A stretch of DNA of 56,152 nucleotides, from positions 2,294,001-2,350,152 of the forward strand of contig JAYWIR010000034.1 in the NCBI GenBank assembly GCA_036172245.1. The letters run 5' to 3'. The DNA comes from Raillietiella orientalis (taxonomy: Eukaryota). This document shows positions 49,275-56,152 of this stretch, in pieces; within the stretch, counting starts at the first letter, position 1; each line of letters opens with the position of its first letter. The position numbers and the translations under genes were made by a program. The notes beneath the pieces are model-generated. The model ran no database searches, had not been told where the DNA came from, and was given only the letters and a program-made list of their open reading frames with translations.

Positions 49275-51439
49275 ATAGGGAATAGTCTTCACATCACCGG
49301 CTCATGCATGCAATTTGTGAGGATATATGTACTAATAAGCGACCCGTCGTTGTTGAAACATGTACTCGGGGCGATGTTCAGATGACAAGAGAAACGCAAG
49401 TGACTCAGTACTGCTACCGGACCAAAGCCTCCATGTTATCCATGATATCCAAGCAACTGCAAGATCCTCATGGAACAAAGCTGGTTCTGTGTCAGCCTCT
49501 CAACGCACCACCGCAGTTCGAGCCAAAGATCAAAACCGCGATACGGAAGAGTTTCGTAGCAACGGACATACCGTCTTCCTATGCACTACTCATTTTTCAC
49601 AGTGAATGTTTGAGAGGAAACGATGGAGTGAGTTAACGGTTTGTGGTCAAGGCTAAACGAAGCTGCCTCCTCCGTACGAAAGCCGGCATCCACGCAATTG
49701 CCGTTTTTTCTTCAAAAGGACCTTTACAGTAGCTGGCACACAGATTCAGTCGTCTTTGAGTCTTGCCAGTTAACAGGAAGCGAACCATTCAGTTACAACC
49801 CTTTTCCGAGAGACTCGTGCAATCCTTGAACGTCACCGCTTCTTATTCATGCCCCAGCGCAGCACAGATGGTGCCTATGTGGACAGCGTAGGGAAGCTCC
49901 TACGTTGGCTGCTGCTGAATTGTACGAGTCGCTTCCTCAGCTCTTGTATCACCAGCTCGAATCGGTCTTTTCGGAGCCTTCATGCATCCGTCGCACTTGC
50001 ATGAGCAGAACTTCCCACATGCACTCTCAGCTGCCTTTGAGCCGAGGCTGCACAGCTTCACCTGAATGACATCAGCACGCAGGGTTTCCGTTCGAGTGCG
50101 CTACGCTTGGAATGCGGTGCAGTTGTGAATCTCGCAATGCCAAAACGTAAACTCATTACACGGATGAGGTAGCTCGAGGTCTCGTGTGGTCAAAGTTCGA
50201 ATCTGTTCGGTATCAGATTTTGTGTTTTGCCGTCGCTTCATCCTTATCTTTCAGAATATGACTAATTATAATTAGCAATATTACTCAGAATAGCCACCGA
50301 GCACAGAATTCGGCAGAGAATCCGGAAAGCCAAAGAGCACGAACGAGTAATTTGTGGATCCAAAATGATCATACGAAGGTTTAGGCACATCGTCTGTTAT
50401 CATAAATGTCACTAAAGAAAACAGCATGATTGCTGTTAATGGCAAGGATGTCGGGATTCCAGTGAGCAAGCAGGATAAGCATTTTGTCCTTGAGTTGAAT
50501 CACATCAGAGCGAGCCGACGGGGCGCATCGAATTTCTAAATCCAGGGGTCGTAGTAGCGGAAAAGGTCACTTACGATTCTTCATCGTGCCGATCAAGGTT
50601 TGCTGGCAAAGAGGTCCCGAATCAAGCAGCCTGGGAAACGCGAGCAGTGCCCTCCATTCCCGTGTTTCACCTGGATACGGCGCCTTTCTGTCCTTTGTAA
50701 CCGAATGCGGCACGGGATCTGCCAACCGGTCCAAAATCGAAGCAGCGCCGGACCTGGGCTCTGCTCAGGGGATGAGACGTTCGACGGCGGAGCTGCCTCG
50801 TCCTTTGGCTCATCGAGGGGATTTGCCTTGCGAAGATTCAGCAGCAGCCACGCGAGGACGCGAGGCACACGGAATTTTTCCGCCCGGCTGAGAGCAGCGC
50901 CGACTTGTTTGCGAAGTTTGCTGTCCACTTCATTGGAGCTCACCCTCATTTTTCCCCCGATGGCTCCCAAATGCCCGCGGTGGAGTGAGTTCCGAGTTCA
51001 TGCGACAGCGGAATTTTCCGAATCCAGTCCAAATGAAAGATGAGAGGAATGGGGGAAGCATCCATTACCACTGGACGCTACCCTTCGTACGGGTACCGTT
51101 GATCACCTCTCAGCAAACCCATTGCTGTTCGTGGTCAAAGGGGAACTGGTCTGCCACATGCGCGCCGTCTTCTTTCCGTAACGCAGAGCTACATGGAGCA
51201 AATTCTCGTTCCTCGTAACCTGAACAAGATGGCACCCGCTCGATCGCTCCCGGATCGCTGTTGCTGCTTCTGAACGCTCGGACCCAACTCGTTCCTGTAC
51301 CGCTCGCAGTCCGGGGTAGAAAAAAAGAGGAAGAAATCCTGAAGTGGGAACGAGGCGATAAATCATCATCAAAATATTTCGCGCGAGATGATGAGAATAA
51401 CGGAAGCATGCAGACGTGCAGCTAAAAGTGCCCGGATGG

Positions 51440-51870
51440 TCCCCCATGAACAAAGTTGCCGTGCGCAAATGGACCTTGGAGCTTCCTGGATTCCGTCTGC
51501 ATTTTCGGCGAATCTTTCAGCCGCGCGGCCCGAACAGTTTTCATCTTCCTGATGAGGAGGCTGGAGATACTCTACCCGTTTAGAGAACACGACGGTAGCT
51601 TTGCACCTCCTTCCAGGTTGATGAGCAAGACCCAGGGGATGAAACCAATGTTGTTGCGGTCTGAGAGTCAGATTTCTTTCCCTGCATTCCTGTACTGAGC
51701 CCATGACCATTATTAAAGTCCTGGAACGCTTGATGATGGAAGCACCTTTTCACGATCGAAGAGCTTGCTCTTCCTGCAGCAAAAATGCGTATGAGAACCC
51801 GTGCTGGTTCTCAACCAGTCTTTTCGTGGGGATGTCCAGTCCGGAAACCTTCATCCGGAGGAAGAACTGC
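51440..51870 (-). mobile_element. Ty3/gypsy RT C-terminal relic
   Basis: QFFLRMKVSGL (cf. QF.RMPFGL), VQECRERNLTLRP...FSKRVEYL (cf. L.R.RE.NL.L...KC.F....VEYLG) and GIQEAPRSICARQLCSWG (cf. AI.EAP.P....QLRSFLG). Confidence 0.5.
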
Positions 51871-52904
51871 TTTCGATCGCCCTGCGACCCCCGAATGTGT
51901 CTCTATCGTGGGGGGGTCACTTGTGACAAGGCGTCTGTGAGTTCGAAAAAGAGAAGAGTCGAAGCTTGCTCCTGCTGATTTGATTCGTTTCTAACGCAGC
52001 CTGGTGAGGAGCAAACTCCTGAACATAACTGGGTGCCTCGATGACGCGAATTTCCGCAGTTTCCGAAACGGGAGCCGCCCGACTGCACGGAGAGAATTCT
52101 TGCTCAGATCATTTCGCTCCCCTGAGTTTCCTCGCGCTCACGTTCTTTTGTTTTCTTTATGCTCTTCGATCGAAGGATGTCCTCTTCATGCTGCTTGGAG
52201 TAGCTAATTGGGTGGGCTTGCTCTCGGCGCCCGAGCAGCGCGTCTCCGAGTATGGCATCGGAGACGCACTGGTGTCTTCACTGTGCAAGGTTTACACATT
52301 CCCATAAGAGCTTTAGCCATGCCATGCTCCCAGGACCAGATTTCCTCATCTCCTACGCTACCAGAAATCCGGACACGAGTAGAGTCTTCCTCAGAACGGC
52401 AGCGGTGCGCGCAGCGACTGCAGGAGATTTTTTTACGCATCGTCAGCGCAGAATTTTCCTCCATCCTGCGGGAAAATCATGACGTCACATCGAACTTTGG
52501 ATGCGTCCGGACAAACTTGGATTGCAACGAGACTTTGGATCTCCACCTTAAGCGGAATCCACTTGCTCCCGAATTTCGTTATTTAAAAACAACAGCAGCA
52601 GCAGCAGCAAGTGTAGACAAGATTGATAGCTCCGCTAGAAAATGGAGATTGGGGCCACGAAGAATAGGATGGGAAGGAATGAGGGATAAACCCTTCTCCA
52701 CAAGAGGTCAGGTCAGATTCGCTTGTGACAGTCGCTTTCTTGCGACGGCCTCGAACTGCGCTGTGTATGGCAACCGGTAGAGTGATCTCCCTGCGTTTCT
52801 TCCTGAGGAGGCCGCAGCATTCATTTCGTTTTCGTTCCTTGAGATGCGTCTCAACAGTGGTCCCAGTTTTCCTCCTTCGCGGCTGCCTGGGAGCTTTGAG
52901 AATC

Positions 52905-53165
52905 TGTCCTGATCTCGAGCCGTTGTCCTTTAGGATGGAAAGCAGTTGGCAAACGAACGCGAAGGGCATCGGAATTACTCGGTACAGTTTGGTACCCTTG
53001 TGTACACGCATTCCCTGAGACAGTCCTTTGTCTTCTTCCTTTGCCACTCGCGATGTCCGTGGATTTGATCGTACAGGCTGAACTCCCGATAGCGGATTTC
53101 GGAAGACATCGCAAAGCTTCTTCGGGGAAAGCTGCCTCCCGAAATGCCCAGTTGAGGAAGGTCAG
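52905..53165 (-). mobile_element. DIRS-like (or LTR-type) RT relic
   Basis: LTFLNWAFREAAFPEEALRCL (cf. L..LN......F..ETL), KSTDIASG (cf. S.DL.SGY), AKEEDK, GTKLYRVIPMPFAF (cf. Y.F..(L/M)PFGL) and LLSILKDNGSR (cf. ..LR..GIR). Confidence 0.5.
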
Positions 53166-53329
53166 TGGTCCTCAGAGCATCATGGAATAGCTAACGGTAT
53201 CAGAAGAACAGGGAGTGAAAGGCAAAGCGACACTTGAAGAAGTTGTTACGGCTGGACTGGGAAGTCTGGACCCTCAGCGATGCTGCAGCATGCAGATGCT
53301 TGGAAGTGTCGGGCAAACCCAGTGCCCAG

Positions 53330-53734
53330 TTAGGACTTACGCGCTCGGGAGGGCGATGCGGAGCCCCTTTGCATCCGCAAGACCGAAAAGAGAAAGGTTT
53401 CTGTCCCGAGGACACGTGCGACGGAGACCGACTTCCGTTTCCGGAAGCGCCGCTCCACGCCGAGCGAGCTCCTTTCGCACGCTGTAGCCGTCAAAAGTTC
53501 TTCGCCAAGGTACGAGCAGCAGCTCGCCGTGCATCTTCTTCGTTCGGCGGGATGAAACCCTTTGGAACGTTCCGCCATGCGAACGCCTCCATCGATCTCC
53601 GAAAATTCGAGACATCTCAGGAGACGTTCGGCGTTCTTGCAGAGGCCGCCGCAGCGAAAACCCGGCTGGCATGGAAGGAGGTGGGGTGCCAAACCGCAGT
53701 GGACCTTTCGACCGGTAGGTCGGTGGTGGGACAA
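53330..53734 (-). mobile_element. LINE (non-LTR) RT relic, domains 2-4
   Basis: In a single frame: LAPHLLPCQPGFRCGGLCKNA (cf. LLP.Q.GFR.G.SC..A), AERSKGFHPAER (cf. .D.SKAFD.V.R) and MQRGSASPS (cf. VPQGS.LSP). Catalytic residues are degenerate. Confidence 0.6.
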
Positions 53735-54232
53735 TCCACAAGGGCTGCTTCACGGCTCGCGAGCAGAGTGCGGGTCCCTCCCAATCAGCAAGCGAGCGAT
53801 CTCGCGCGCGTGCAGGAACGCCGGAGGCCTCCGCGTATGCGCTGTGGTCTCTTCTTCTACTTCCCTTTTGTTTCTCTTCTTTTTTTTTTTTTTTCCTCGT
53901 TTCTCTCCGCTCTTCCGCTTCCATTCTGGCAGCGGGAGCTTCCCGCGCGTGCATTCCGCCGCTGCGTTCCGTGCCGGCCGAACGGTTCCCTGCCTGCTCC
54001 GAGCGCGGAGCTCGGTCGAACATGATCCGCGTGCTGGCAGCAGCACGACGATGAATGTAGCCGAAGGCGCTAACCGAAGTCGAAGCCAGTCGCAGCTCGG
54101 CTCGTGCAGCAGTGCCGTCCTCGCCGTCGCCTCCCGGTCTCCATAGCAGCAGCCGGGGACGGTCCTCTCTCCGAAGACGTTCCGCCGTGCCAGATGACAG
54201 TGCGCCTCCTTCCTCCTTCCCAGTGCTCGCTC

Positions 54233-54346
54233 GAAGAAGAAGAAGAAGAGGAGTAGTTTTTCTCTCTTCGTCTCATTTCATTTCATTTTTTTCTCTCCCT
54301 CCCCCCCCCTCTCCCCTCCCTCCCTCCTCCTCCTCCTCCTCCTCCT
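54233..54346. repeat. Low-complexity tract: (GAA)n, then a polypyrimidine (CCT)n and C-run stretch
   Basis: GAAGAAGAAGAAGAAGAG followed by CCCCCCCCCTCTCCCCTCCCTCCCTCCTCCTCCTCCTCCTCCTCC. Confidence 0.9.
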
Positions 54347-56152
54347 TTTTCCGAAAGTGCGAAGGCACGGGGAGCATGGTGTTGTCGGTAATGCGGCCCT
54401 CCCAGCCAAAGTTTTCCGAAGGACGCCGTTCACCCGGAATCCCCGCTTCCCGCGACCGGACCACCTCCCTCTTCGTCTTCGTTACCGACTTGCCAGGAGA
54501 CGTGGACGCGCAAGAATACGGGCGCCGAAGAAATAATGACTGAGACGCTCATCAGATACTTGCCATGGGTTTTCCTCGTTAGCATGAAGATTGATTCAGG
54601 TAAAAGAACTTCCCTTGAGGTTTCCGGGCTTCCCCGCGAGGGCACTGCCCGCTCCCCGCGCGGAGGCGCCGGGGTGTGTGCGCCGCCATCGATCCTCGCC
54701 GTCCTTGTAGCGTGTAGCACCTGCGGCCGGGGCGCGGAGAATGAGGGGGTCCCGAGACTTCTTTCGCTCGCGGGGGATGCCCACGGGGCGCGTTTCCCCC
54801 GCGTAACACCATCGAGAGCACCCTAGCCGACAGGGGTGTCTATCGACCCGCTACCTCACGCTCGTGGAGGTGACCAGCTCCCCGCTTCGTCCGGATGGAA
54901 TGCGTCGAGCTACTGAATGAAGGTCGGGGAAGGAGGAGAGGTCACTGGGTCACCAGTTGCCCGTGGGTTCCCTTACCGCTCCTTGGGACTGCCCGCGGGG
55001 AACGGTAGCAGCAGTTGCTTGCTCTCTCGCTGGTGCTTCGCCTCTGGGGCGGGGCTCTCCCGTGAAACTTTTTCCGTTCCTTCAGGAGTGCCTTTCACAA
55101 GACTTTCGAGAGGAACGGAAAACCCTTTCCGCCCACCTGAAGGCATGGAAAACCACACGGCAGATCTGATGAGGTTGATGGAAAAAACCAAAAAAAAAAA
55201 AAGTGCGCGCACGCTGCTCACGTCATACGAGGGGGCAGCTGGTTACGGACAGTCTGCAATAAGCGAGTCCCGTTGTGGATAACTCGGAAGGTCAGGGAAG
55301 GCTTGCTCCCTTGGATCCCCCAGGACGCGAAGGAAGGAAGCGCTCACGCCGAACTGTAGCGCCTGACCCTTGGGCCACCACGCCTTTCGAGGCTGCTCCG
55401 ATGGCGCACTTTCTGGGATGGGCAGTGTGCAAGACCTCTCCAGGCAATCGTTCTCAGCCACTCCTTCCCAGATTCCGGGTGTCAGGTAGGACCTGGTGCA
55501 CGGGAGACGTCTCAGGTCACCGGAAGGGCGTCTGCCGCACCCCGGCTGAGCCCATCCTCGTCGCGCCCGTGGGAGAGACTCCCTCCCAGGAGCAGGCGAA
55601 CACTCCCGGCCTCCCTGGTCGCAAACCGCGCCGACGGTAGCCAGTCTAATGAGTCGTCTTCGCTCCCGCAGTCTCCGGCCACCCACAAGGCACACCGTCA
55701 CCCGCTCCTTCCCACCGTCCTTCCAGCGCCTCGTGTTCCATCACGGCCGGCCGGTGTCCGCTTACCACTGGGCTGTTCGCTCTCACCAACCGCGGCACTA
55801 CGGTGCCTGCGGACTGCTGCGCCGCGCTCCCAATCGGAAGACTCTCCCTTCCTCTCGCCTTCGGAAGAAAGGGTGGGTGGGTGGGAAGTGGGAACGATCA
55901 TTCTCCCCTCCCGCGCCATTCGCTGGTGAGGCAGCCCCCTTTCCCCGCGGGAGACAGACGCACGCGGCGCCGCCACCGGGTCCGGCGTCCAAGAGCGGCG
56001 GAGGCGTTCACCAGTGGATGAGGGCGCCATCGATCGAAAGCGGTGCGGACGCGCGCGCTGCTCCGTCTGCGGCGAGAGCCCCCCCCCCCCCCTCCTCCCA
56101 GCCTCTTCCCGTTGATTCAAGTTCCGGGTTCCCATAATTAATAACACCGTCA

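Noticed and set aside
1..56152. Alternative genetic code or stop-codon readthrough as the explanation for broken ORFs
   Set aside because: All three stop codons, frameshifts and catalytic-residue substitutions occur, so no single reassignment restores the genes.
1..56152. CRISPR array, tRNA genes, prokaryotic operons
   Set aside because: No regularly spaced repeats, cloverleaf structures or dense long ORFs were seen.

Overview
Eukaryotic (animal, probably arthropod) nuclear-type DNA of roughly mid GC. It becomes GC/CpG-rich at about 37.2-40.5 kb and 53.3-56.1 kb. I found no intact, coherent protein-coding gene, tRNA gene or CRISPR array, and almost all ORFs in the track look spurious. The best-supported feature is an AT-rich, about 340-bp mitochondrial insertion (NUMT) at about 12.38-12.72 kb. 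On the minus strand it carries the 3' end of an arthropod-type 12S rRNA followed by probable 5' 16S sequence. The rest reads as a mosaic of short (mostly 50-400 bp), heavily degenerate coding fragments with frameshifts or stops. These include retroelement relics (LINE EN and RT, Penelope-like RT, Ty3/gypsy gag and RT, BEL/Pao, DIRS-like), possible MULE and Harbinger relics, and many immune/signalling domain fragments (about 8 death-domain-like, CARD, two NB-ARC, LRR, ankyrin, two kinase, F-box, BACK). Isolated enzyme fragments (P450, glutamine synthetase-like) also occur. All protein calls are by-eye motif matches with no HMM or BLAST search, so some may be chance. Three perfect hairpins and a degenerate minisatellite are seen directly in the sequence. 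I found no intact novel system. The fragment mosaic itself is the main anomaly, and a synthetic, model-generated or misassembled origin cannot be excluded.
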